From a virus (taxonomy: Duplodnaviria; Caudoviricetes): a stretch of DNA of 47,795 nucleotides. A program made the position numbers and the translations under genes. The DNA lies in IMG/VR virus record IMGVR_UViG_3300038393_000411, positions 1 through 47,795 of that record; one strand, written 5' to 3'. Positions 1-7,424 of the stretch are shown here, in pieces (position 1 is the stretch's first letter; every line of letters begins with the position of its first letter). The notes below the pieces were generated by a model. The model saw only the letters and a list, made by a program, of their open reading frames with translations, did not search any database and had not been told where the DNA came from.

Positions 1-71
1 CTGACCGTGCGCGAGTTGAGCGCTGTGGCGGGCGTGGCGCCGCGCGCTGTTCAAGCGATCGGAGGCGCAGC

Positions 72-752
72 ATGAGCGCCGCGAATCGCAAGCTGAACTC
101 CCCGGACCCGCGCGGCGCCTACCAGCGCGGCCGCATCCTGGCTGCCATCGCTATCGCGCCGCTTACTGCGCAGCAGTTGGCCGACAAGCTGCACTTGACC
201 AAGGACGCGATCAACCTGCACCTCAAGGTCATGAAGGAAGCGTCGCCGCGCCTCGTACACATCGCTGGCTATCTGTACAACCGCGACGGCGGCCGGCCGG
301 CGCCGCAGTACCGCCCTGGCGATGGCAAGGACGCTGTCTATGTCAAGACACGCCCGATCCTGCAAGGCCGCAACCAAGTCGTAGAGCAGACGTTCCGCCG
401 AGTGATCGACCTGTTGCGGCGCAAGCCGATGACCGCGAAGGAACTGGGCGACGCGCTCGATCTGGCCCCCGCGCGTGCACGCTGGTACATCAACGAGTTG
501 CGCACGTCGACGCCGAAACGCGTGTACATCAGCCGGTTCACGCCGAACTTCGCCGGCTATCCGGCGCCCGTCTATGCGGTCGGAGACAAGCCCGACGTGG
601 TCTACACGCCGAAGACGCCCAAGGAAGTGCATCAGGAGGCGATGCGCGATCCGGACCGGCGCCTGCGGATCTTGGCGCGGACCAAGCTGCGCCATTTCAT
701 CGAGAGCAAGCGTAAGAAGCCGAACGGCATCTTTGGCGCGCTGGGGATCTGA
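72..752 (+). CDS. Tandem winged helix-turn-helix DNA-binding protein
   Basis: Two similar halves (PLTAQQLADKLHL..RLVHIAGY..RPAPQY and PMTAKELGDALDL..KRVYISRF..YPAPVY). GGAGG RBS; ATGA overlap with the upstream partial ORF. Confidence 0.75.
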   Translation: MSAANRKLNSPDPRGAYQRGRILAAIAIAPLTAQQLADKLHLTKDAINLHLKVMKEASPRLVHIAGYLYNRDGGRPAPQYRPGDGKDAVYVKTRPILQGRNQVVEQTFRRVIDLLRRKPMTAKELGDALDLAPARARWYINELRTSTPKRVYISRFTPNFAGYPAPVYAVGDKPDVVYTPKTPKEVHQEAMRDPDRRLRILARTKLRHFIESKRKKPNGIFGALGI

Positions 753-753
753 C

Positions 754-999
754 GTGGCACATGAGAGCGAAAAAATCTGCGCCCTCTGCGACGAATTTTC
801 GATCAAGCAGGCCGCGCCCGAACACGCCGGCATCGGCATGGGCCGCTGCCTCGCGCGCCACGATCACGGCCACCTATCCGTGCACGTAGGGTGGGACAGC
901 GAAACGTGTGTGAGCTTCCGGCTTGATCGGGCGAATTTGGCAAAGCGCCGGAAGTACGTTCAAGTCCAGCGTCAAAAGCAGGAGGAATCGAACGCATGA
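754..999 (+). CDS. Small Cys/His-rich hypothetical protein
   Basis: GTG start just after the previous stop; CxxC..C..C pattern; ATGA overlap with the next gene. Confidence 0.6.
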   Translation: MAHESEKICALCDEFSIKQAAPEHAGIGMGRCLARHDHGHLSVHVGWDSETCVSFRLDRANLAKRRKYVQVQRQKQEESNA

Positions 1000-1307
1000 G
1001 ATACGGCGCCAAGATCGACGCAAACCAGCCCGAGATAGTCGCCGCACTGCGCAAGGTTGGCTGCACAGTCCAGCATCTGCACGCGGTTGGCAAGGGCTGC
1101 CCCGACCTCTTATGTGCACTGGCGGGCGCCACCTTTCTCATTGAGGTGAAGGACGGCGCCAAACCGCCGAGCAAGCAGGCTCTCACGCCCGATCAGGCTG
1201 CATGGCACGCGGGCTGGGGCGCGCAGGTTCACATCGTAAATTCGGTGGCTGGCGCGCTTCTCGTCGCCGAAAAGTACAGGATGCGCACACTGAAGGAGAC
1301 AACATGA
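996..1307 (+). CDS. VRR-NUC / PD-(D/E)XK nuclease (resolvase-like)
   Basis: KIDANQ..GCPDLL..LIEVKDG..LTPDQ..W motif pattern. Confidence 0.8.
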   Translation: MRYGAKIDANQPEIVAALRKVGCTVQHLHAVGKGCPDLLCALAGATFLIEVKDGAKPPSKQALTPDQAAWHAGWGAQVHIVNSVAGALLVAEKYRMRTLKETT

Positions 1308-2194
1308 ACTACGAGGGAGCAGGCATGATGAACGAAAAGATCCTGGAAGTGATCGCGGCGGCGCCCGGCTGTCGCGAAGCAGCCATCTACGACGCGGTGT
1401 CCGTGGATGCTGACGAGACCCGCGCGGCTATTAGCGTTTTGGAGACGGCGGGCGCCATCGCGGTAATCGATTCGGAAGGCATCACCGAAGACGGGCGCGT
1501 GTTCGAGTTCACGGGGGAGTTCAAGGAAACCGACCTCTGCAAGCGCATCACGTTGAAAGCGACGGCGGCGAAACTCCCGGGCGCGAACCGTATCGAGCGC
1601 GCGATTGCGTTCGTCAGAGAGCGCGGGACCGCGACGTCGTCCGAACTGCACGCCCTCATGGGCCTGTCGCCGGACGAATACGCCTCGAACGCGCTAGCCA
1701 GCGCCGTGCGCACGAAGCGGCTGGTGAAGGACGGGAAGAACTGGACGCTTGGACCCGGACCCGGTGGACCGGCCGCACTCGTGATGCCAGCCAAGGACTG
1801 CGATACGTCGCCCGTCACGCCGGGATTTCGGGCCGCGCCGTTCCCGGTGCCGGCGTTCCTGCGCAAAGAGGCGGAGGCAGCGCAAGCCAAAGATGCCGCC
1901 GTCTTCAGGGTCGAGGACGAGCAGAAGCCAGCCAAGGTCGCCGCCGCGGCAGCGCCTGTCGAAGCGCCCCGTCCGGCGAAGGTGGTCAAGAGCGAGCCCA
2001 AGGCTGTAGCCGCTCCAGCGCCCGCCACGAGCAAGACCGTCAAACAGCCCGCGCTTCGGTGCGGCCTGTGGTCCGATGGAACCGTGGAACTGCGCCGCGA
2101 TGACCAGACCGTCGTCATCCTGAGTGCGCAGGAGGCGACCTATCTGGCCGAATTCTGGTCCCGTGTTTCGACTATTGCCAAGGAGGCTGCATGA
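1304..2194 (+). CDS. Hypothetical phage protein with HTH-like segments and an Ala/Pro/Lys-rich linker
   Basis: GGAG RBS; ATGA coupling at both ends. Confidence 0.7.
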   Translation: MNYEGAGMMNEKILEVIAAAPGCREAAIYDAVSVDADETRAAISVLETAGAIAVIDSEGITEDGRVFEFTGEFKETDLCKRITLKATAAKLPGANRIERAIAFVRERGTATSSELHALMGLSPDEYASNALASAVRTKRLVKDGKNWTLGPGPGGPAALVMPAKDCDTSPVTPGFRAAPFPVPAFLRKEAEAAQAKDAAVFRVEDEQKPAKVAAAAAPVEAPRPAKVVKSEPKAVAAPAPATSKTVKQPALRCGLWSDGTVELRRDDQTVVILSAQEATYLAEFWSRVSTIAKEAA

Positions 2195-2544
2195 CCGCTG
2201 TCGAGAAAATCATGGTGGAAGAGGCGCCGAAGGCCGATACCCCGTTCGTCACCGTGATGAAGATCTGGGCGCGCTGGAATACGCTCGCCGACCGCAAGGA
2301 GTCCGGCGGATGGTCTCACCCCCAGGACGTCAAGGAATTCATGCGGACAGGGGAGGCCGTGGAGGCGATGGTGCATGACCTTCCGTCAGTGAATCGGTGG
2401 GCGGTCTTCCGCGCCTTCGGCATTGCAACGGTGTGGCGGTTCCCTCATCTGTCGCTACCGGATGCGCTACTTGAGGCGGAGCAGATGTTGACGCAAAAAA
2501 TGATGAAAAATGTTGACACAAAGAGGTACTTTAATGGGTGCTAA
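2191..2544 (+). CDS. Putative Q-like late antiterminator
   Basis: Last gene of the delayed-early operon, ahead of a promoter-terminator pair. The WARW..AVEAMVHDLP..RWAV pattern resembles Q-family proteins. Confidence 0.55.
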   Translation: MTAVEKIMVEEAPKADTPFVTVMKIWARWNTLADRKESGGWSHPQDVKEFMRTGEAVEAMVHDLPSVNRWAVFRAFGIATVWRFPHLSLPDALLEAEQMLTQKMMKNVDTKRYFNGC

Positions 2545-3106
2545 ATCAAGCCCAATCTGTCCGCGATGCGGGCAGCCGAAGGAGGGCCCATGTCTGCCGT
2601 GTAAGAGGGCAAGTGCGAGGGCATACATAGCCCGCAACAAGGAAAAGGTCCGCGCAAAGAACAACATTTGGAAGGCTAATAACAAAGAGCATTACGATGC
2701 CAAGGCTGCCGAATACAGGGCTATGAACAAGGAGCGCATACGAAAGAAGCGGGCCGACTACCATCTTGCCAATAAAGAAAAGCTCAATAAGACGAGTGCG
2801 GAATGGCGAGCGAACAATCCTGAGCGATGCAGGATACAGATGCACAACAGGCGCGCCAGGGTCGCGCAGGCAGGAGGCGAGCTTTCGCCCGATCTCTTTG
2901 ATAAGCTATTTGCACTGCAAAAGGGTAGATGCGCTTGCTGCGGCGAACGGTTGACGCGTGCAGCGCATCTCGATCACATCGTTCCAATTGCTCGTGGCGG
3001 ACGGAACGAGGATGCAAACATGCAACTATTGACCCAAAAATGTAACAACCAGAAGCATGCGAAAGACCCTATCGAATTCATGCGGGGAAAGGGTTTCCTA
3101 ATCTGA
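2534..3106 (+). CDS. HNH endonuclease
   Basis: CACC..HLDHIVPIARGG.N...NMQLL...CN..K motif; visibly lower GC than the flanks. Confidence 0.9.
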   Translation: MGAKSSPICPRCGQPKEGPCLPCKRASARAYIARNKEKVRAKNNIWKANNKEHYDAKAAEYRAMNKERIRKKRADYHLANKEKLNKTSAEWRANNPERCRIQMHNRRARVAQAGGELSPDLFDKLFALQKGRCACCGERLTRAAHLDHIVPIARGGRNEDANMQLLTQKCNNQKHAKDPIEFMRGKGFLI

Positions 3107-3115
3107 AGATTTCCG

Positions 3116-3144
3116 TTGCGGATGTTGTAGGAATGAATTATGAT
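3116..3144 (+). promoter_or_regulatory. Sigma70 promoter, pR'-like late promoter
   Basis: TTGCGG (3116-3121), 17-nt spacer, TATGAT (3139-3144); a terminator follows about 50 nt later. Confidence 0.7.
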
Positions 3145-3191
3145 GTGGCTGCTAGTGGTCGAGATTGCGCACAAAGCGCATGCGGCCACCG

Positions 3192-3229
3192 AAACCCGCC
3201 CCGAAAGGACAGCGGGTTTTTTTGTTTTT
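3192..3229 (+). terminator. Intrinsic terminator (tR'-like)
   Basis: AAACCCGC..GCGGGTTT stem followed by a T-tract. Confidence 0.85.
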
Positions 3230-3253
3230 GGCATTCGCAACTAATCGATAGCT

Positions 3254-3500
3254 TCGCCGGCTCAACCGGCGACCACACAAAGCCTAAGCCTGACAAGCAC
3301 GTTCCACGTGTGCGGATGATGGCTGCGGGCTTTGTGTGGTGTTTGCGCATTAGCTGATGCGCGCTGTGTAACTTCGGGATAAACAGCACATCGCCGGAAC
3401 GCCAGCCAGCACCGGCCGCCACAAAACGTCTCCTCCAGTTCCAATCAGGGATTGGATTCAGCCCGTCGTCCTCACAAGAGGACGGACGGGCATTTTTTTT
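3254..3500 (+). ncRNA. Candidate structured RNA tract in the late leader
   Basis: Consecutive hairpins, including a perfect 13-bp stem ACCACACAAAGCC/GGCTTTGTGTGGT and a C(UUCG)G loop; ends in a terminator. Confidence 0.5.
3461..3500 (+). terminator. Intrinsic terminator upstream of the moron gene
   Basis: GCCCGTC-GTCCTC ACAA GAGGAC-G-GACGGGC followed by A and T8. Confidence 0.85.
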
Positions 3501-3525
3501 GCCCGTCTACACAGGAATTCATATC

Positions 3526-4068
3526 ATGGCAGATACCACCAGCACCGGCATCCAGTTTGCCGCCGACCCGAATCAACCCACGGTCGTGTACAACCACGAC
3601 GTGGTCGGCCTCTACAATCGCCTGAACCGCTTCATCTGCGAATTGATCGGCAGCCAGAGCTCGGGCGTCAGTCTGACCAACAGCTTCGACATGGCGCGCC
3701 TGGCGAGCTACCTGGACTCGATCGACAAGTACCACGATTGGGTGCTGGCCGAATCGCAACTCGACCTCCCGGAGACCAAGGGCCTGCAATACGTCCTGGA
3801 ACTGCCGCCGGTCGTCCCTGCGCTGGAAAACGAAGACCTGGAAGACCTGACCCGCCTGTTCGTCCTGACTCGCCGCGAGCTGACCAACAGCCAGAGCGCG
3901 CGCGTCGGCTCCGGCCTGCCGATCAAGCAGGACTCGGCCCGCCTGCGCGCCATCACCGACAAGGCGCGCAAGTTCCTGACCGACTACATGACCCCGGTGC
4001 AGCCGCTGGACCTGCCGGTGTCGTCGCCGCAGGATGGCCCGACCCCGACGCCGAATCACGGCGTCTGA
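3526..4068 (+). CDS. Moron-like hypothetical protein with an internal two-fold repeat
   Basis: AGGA RBS; strong GC3 codon bias; repeated N.D..EL..SQS..D.ARL..Q.LDLP unit. Confidence 0.85.
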   Translation: MADTTSTGIQFAADPNQPTVVYNHDVVGLYNRLNRFICELIGSQSSGVSLTNSFDMARLASYLDSIDKYHDWVLAESQLDLPETKGLQYVLELPPVVPALENEDLEDLTRLFVLTRRELTNSQSARVGSGLPIKQDSARLRAITDKARKFLTDYMTPVQPLDLPVSSPQDGPTPTPNHGV

Positions 4069-4136
4069 TTCCGCCGGGCCGGTAAGATCATCGGCCCAGT
4101 CACGTGTCTCTTCAGGAACCTCCCTGGTTCTGGCTT

Positions 4137-4175
4137 GCCGCCTGCCGCAGAAATGCGCTCGCGGCTTTTTTATTT
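4137..4175 (+). terminator. Intrinsic terminator
   Basis: GCCGC..CGCA-GAAA-TGCG..GCGGC followed by TTTTTTATTT, located between convergent genes. Confidence 0.75.
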
Positions 4176-4591
4176 CAGCGCACGACCAGATCGAGTTCGC
4201 GCCCGAGCGCTGTCATGGCGTCCGCGATGCGATCGATCTTGGTCGCGTGCTTCAAGTCGGTAAGGCGGTTCGCCTCCTGCTTGGATGTGCCCATGCGGCG
4301 CGCCAGCTCAGACGGCCCGATGTCCTGAGACAGCATCTCGTTGAGAAGCAAGACCTTCGAGGCCGCACTCAACGGCAACGGAATCATGCGTTCGCCTTCC
4401 AACTGCTCTGACGGCATCGGAACCGGGCGGCGATCCTCGAAGTAGAAGTCCATGACCGTCAGAAGAACATCGGCGGCCATATGGAGCGCCTCGGCCTCGT
4501 CGTCGCCCTGGCTGATCGCTTCGGGGATGTCGCGGAAGGTGATGACGAATCCGCCTTCCTCGGCCGGCGTAAAAGTGGCTGGATATTTCAT
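4175..4591 (-). CDS. hicB: HicB antitoxin with C-terminal HTH
   Basis: MKYPA..GGFVITFRDIPEAISQGDD..A motif plus ELARRMGTSKQEANRL HTH. Confidence 0.93.
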   Translation of the reverse strand: MKYPATFTPAEEGGFVITFRDIPEAISQGDDEAEALHMAADVLLTVMDFYFEDRRPVPMPSEQLEGERMIPLPLSAASKVLLLNEMLSQDIGPSELARRMGTSKQEANRLTDLKHATKIDRIADAMTALGRELDLVVR

Positions 4592-4662
4592 GTGCTTCCT
4601 TTCGTAGTTCGTGCTGCGGAGGTGTGGCAAGCAGAGCGGGAACCCCTTTCGGGGCTCCCTCC

Positions 4663-4839
4663 TTATTTCAGTTTCAGTCGCTTCAGAATCCCGTTCACCG
4701 TTCCTCGTTTCAGTTCCTTGCTTGGATGCCGGGGAATCGGGGCCTTTTCACCGTTGAGATGAGCAATCATGTGCTCCTTCCCTTCGGTGAAGGTGGCGCC
4801 TTGACGGGCTAACCACCTCACGAACTCACTCTGCTTCAC
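4663..4839 (-). CDS. hicA: HicA mRNA interferase toxin
   Basis: SEFVRWL..GA..EGKEH..IPRHPSKEL..GTV..ILK; lies directly upstream of hicB. Confidence 0.92.
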   Translation of the reverse strand: MKQSEFVRWLARQGATFTEGKEHMIAHLNGEKAPIPRHPSKELKRGTVNGILKRLKLK

Positions 4840-4870
4840 CACACCTCCTTCTCTCGTTGACCATGAATCT

Positions 4871-4899
4871 ATGGTAAACAAAAACGTTTACCAAGTCAA
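4871..4899 (-). promoter_or_regulatory. hicAB promoter with overlapping palindromic operator
   Basis: TTGACT-N17-TACCAT on the - strand; inverted repeat TGGTAAAC-N6-GTTTACCA at 4872-4893. Confidence 0.85.
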
Positions 4900-4939
4900 G
4901 AGAAAAGTAAGCATTATTGAGTACTCTTTTGGGCGCGCC

Positions 4940-5029
4940 ATGTACATGACCATCGAAGCTGAGCGCGTCTGGCTGATGGTCCTCGTCCAGCTGGAGCAGG
5001 ATCGAATCGTGCTGCGGTCGACGACATGA
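4940..5029 (+). CDS. Possible 29-aa peptide
   Basis: MYMTIEAERVWLMVLVQLEQDRIVLRSTT; ATGA overlap with the next ORF; weak RBS. Confidence 0.3.
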   Translation: MYMTIEAERVWLMVLVQLEQDRIVLRSTT

Positions 5030-5262
5030 GCGGCCCCATCGACGCATACCGTGCTCAGGTCATCCACGCAGTCGTAGGCAGAAAGCCAGTCGCCGTGGAA
5101 GACATCGCGACTCTGGACCGCATCTGCCAGCGCCTGGTGGAAGCCGAAGAGGCGCACGAGATCCTGCGCGCGCTCGGCTACGGCAAGTCATGGAGCCGCC
5201 TGCCGGAACTCGCGCAGCTGGTCCCGCACTCGACCGCCATGCTGATTCGCCCGAAGAAGTAG
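5026..5262 (+). CDS. Hypothetical protein
   Basis: Codon bias and operon position upstream of the terminase. Confidence 0.7.
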   Translation: MSGPIDAYRAQVIHAVVGRKPVAVEDIATLDRICQRLVEAEEAHEILRALGYGKSWSRLPELAQLVPHSTAMLIRPKK

Positions 5263-5279
5263 CGCGCAAGGGCGCCGTC

Positions 5280-5561
5280 ATGGACCTCGACAACCTGTAC
5301 GCCCTCTACCTACAGAACAAGCGCAACGCCGAGAAGCGCGGCATCGCTTACCGGCTGACGTTCAAGGACTGGCTGGACACATGGGGCGAGCGCATCCTCG
5401 ACGAGCACCGCGGCACGGGCGACGAACGCCTCCGCCTGGAGCGCATCGACAAGGCCGGCGTCTTCGAAGTGGGCAACGTGCACGTCGTGCGCCGGCTGAT
5501 GCCCGGGGAGATGCGCAGGGTGATGCAGGCGCTTGAGCGAGAGCTTGAGTCACAACCGTGA
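5280..5561 (+). CDS. Degenerate His-Me-finger/HNH-like protein
   Basis: KRNAEKRGI..LTF..W..RID..G.FEVGNV pattern without the usual Cys/His ligands; adjacent to terS. Confidence 0.55.
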   Translation: MDLDNLYALYLQNKRNAEKRGIAYRLTFKDWLDTWGERILDEHRGTGDERLRLERIDKAGVFEVGNVHVVRRLMPGEMRRVMQALERELESQP

Positions 5562-5597
5562 TGCAAGGGGCGTCGCACACGATAACGGGTACTGTAT

Positions 5598-6149
5598 ATG
5601 GGCCGCAAATCAGCGCTGACAGATAAGCAGTGGCAGCAGATTGGTGAGCGGCTACTGAAGGGCGAGGCCGGCCGAGTCCTAGCTCGCGAATTCGGTGTCT
5701 CGGAAGCGGCGATTCGCAAGCGCTTTGGTGCGCAAACGAAACAAATAAAAGACGTTGCAAATCAATTGGTTGCAGCGGAAACGGCGTTTTCGGCGCTCCC
5801 GATAAGTGCGCAAATAAGTGCGCGCACTTTGGCTGACGAACTGAAAGAGATATCGACGCACCTCGCCGGCGCCGCGAGGTTCGGCGCAGCTACCGCGCAC
5901 CGGCTGTCCGGCATCGCAAATGCCCAGGTGGCAAGGATCGATGATGCCGACCCGCTCAGGGCTGAATCAATGGAATCGCTCAAGGGCATCTCCGCATTGA
6001 CGCGCCTTGCAAACGAGTCGAGCACGATTGCGATCAACCTGCTGAGCGCCAACAAGGAAATGGTCAAGGCTGCGATGCAGGACGATGACGTGCAGCCCGT
6101 GACGATCGTGGTCCAGGTGGAAGATGCAAGTCGCCCCGAAGCTGAATAG
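5598..6149 (+). CDS. terS: Terminase small subunit
   Basis: N-terminal HTH (RVLAREFGVSEAAIRKR); overlaps the large subunit start. Confidence 0.8.
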   Translation: MGRKSALTDKQWQQIGERLLKGEAGRVLAREFGVSEAAIRKRFGAQTKQIKDVANQLVAAETAFSALPISAQISARTLADELKEISTHLAGAARFGAATAHRLSGIANAQVARIDDADPLRAESMESLKGISALTRLANESSTIAINLLSANKEMVKAAMQDDDVQPVTIVVQVEDASRPEAE

Positions 6150-7416
6150 GCCGCAGGCGCGCTTCCTCGCTCTCGATCGTAAGTTCCGCGCATTCGTTGC
6201 AGGATTCGGCAGCGGCAAGACGTGGGTCGGTAGCTCCGCGCTGTGCCAGCACGCTTGGGAATGGCCCAAGGTCAACGCCGGCTACTTCGCGCCGACCTAC
6301 GCCCAGATTCGCGACATCTTCTATCCGACGATGGAGGAAGTGGCCTACGAGTGGGGGCTGACGACCAAGATCCATGAGTCGAACAAGGAAGTGCACCTGT
6401 TTTCCGGCGCGCGCTACCGCACGACGGTGCTGTGCCGTTCGATGGAGAAGCCGGGCGACATCGTCGGCTTCAAGATCGGCAAGGCACTGATCGACGAGCT
6501 GGACGTGATGAAGGCGGTCAAGGCGGCAATCGCATGGCGCAAGATCATCGCCCGCATGCGCTACAACGTCGACGGCCTGCGCAATCAGATCGACGTCACG
6601 ACCACGCCCGAGGGCTTCAAGTTCGTCTATCAGCAGTTCGTCAAGGCCCTGCGCGAGCGACCGGAGCTGACCAAGCTCTATGGTCTGGTCCAGGCGAGCA
6701 CGTACGACAACGCCAAGAACCTACCTGACGACTATATCGATTCGCTGCGACAGAGTTACCCGCCGCAGCTGATCGAGGCCTATATCCGCGGCCAGTTCTG
6801 CAACCTGGCAAGCGGCAGCGTCTATCCGAACTTCGACCGCGCGTTGAATCACACGCCTGAACGCATACGCGAAGGCGAGGCGCTGCACGTCGGCATGGAC
6901 TTCAACGTGCTGAACATGACGGCGGCGATCAACGTCGTGCGCGACGACCTGCCGCTGACGCTCGATGAACTGACGAAGGTGCGCGATACGCCCACGATGG
7001 CGCGCATGCTCAAAGATCGCTTCAAGGACAAGGGCCACGCGGTGGTGATTTATCCGGACGCCAGCGGGCAAAACACGAGCAGCAAGAACGCGAGCGAATC
7101 CGACCTGTCGATCCTGCGCCAGGCTGGATTCACGGTCGTCGTGAACTCGACAAACCCGGCTGTGCGCGACCGCGTCAACGCGGTGAATGCCTTGATCCTG
7201 AACGACACCGGGGAACGGCGCTGGAAGGTGAACACGGATGCCTGCCCGGTGCTGACGGAGGCGTTCGAACAGCAGGCGTACGACAACAACGGCGAGCCAG
7301 ATAAATCGACCGGGCACGATCACCCGCCCGATGCCGTTGGATATTTTCTGGTGAAGCGCTGGCCGATCATGACACGCCCAGCAATGAGCATGAACCTGCG
7401 AAGTGCAACGAACTGA
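6124..7416 (+). CDS. terL: Terminase large subunit
   Basis: Walker A AGFGSGKT, Walker B LIDE, TTT coupling motif, nuclease motifs GMDFN and DHPPDA. Confidence 0.96.
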   Translation: MQVAPKLNRPQARFLALDRKFRAFVAGFGSGKTWVGSSALCQHAWEWPKVNAGYFAPTYAQIRDIFYPTMEEVAYEWGLTTKIHESNKEVHLFSGARYRTTVLCRSMEKPGDIVGFKIGKALIDELDVMKAVKAAIAWRKIIARMRYNVDGLRNQIDVTTTPEGFKFVYQQFVKALRERPELTKLYGLVQASTYDNAKNLPDDYIDSLRQSYPPQLIEAYIRGQFCNLASGSVYPNFDRALNHTPERIREGEALHVGMDFNVLNMTAAINVVRDDLPLTLDELTKVRDTPTMARMLKDRFKDKGHAVVIYPDASGQNTSSKNASESDLSILRQAGFTVVVNSTNPAVRDRVNAVNALILNDTGERRWKVNTDACPVLTEAFEQQAYDNNGEPDKSTGHDHPPDAVGYFLVKRWPIMTRPAMSMNLRSATN

Positions 7417-7424
7417 CCGAATCC

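Noticed and set aside
3254-3420. tRNA or hammerhead ribozyme in the late leader
   Set aside because: No cloverleaf or TTC loop; CTGACAA and CTGATGC do not match CUGANGA with a GAAA partner.
3500-3508. TGCCCGTCT shared with the early hairpins at 46061 and 46918 as an antisense link
   Set aside because: An 8-9 nt GC-rich match is expected by chance in 48 kb.
5590-5609. TACTGTATAT half SOS box at the terS start
   Set aside because: The right half lacks ACAG, so it is not a full LexA site.
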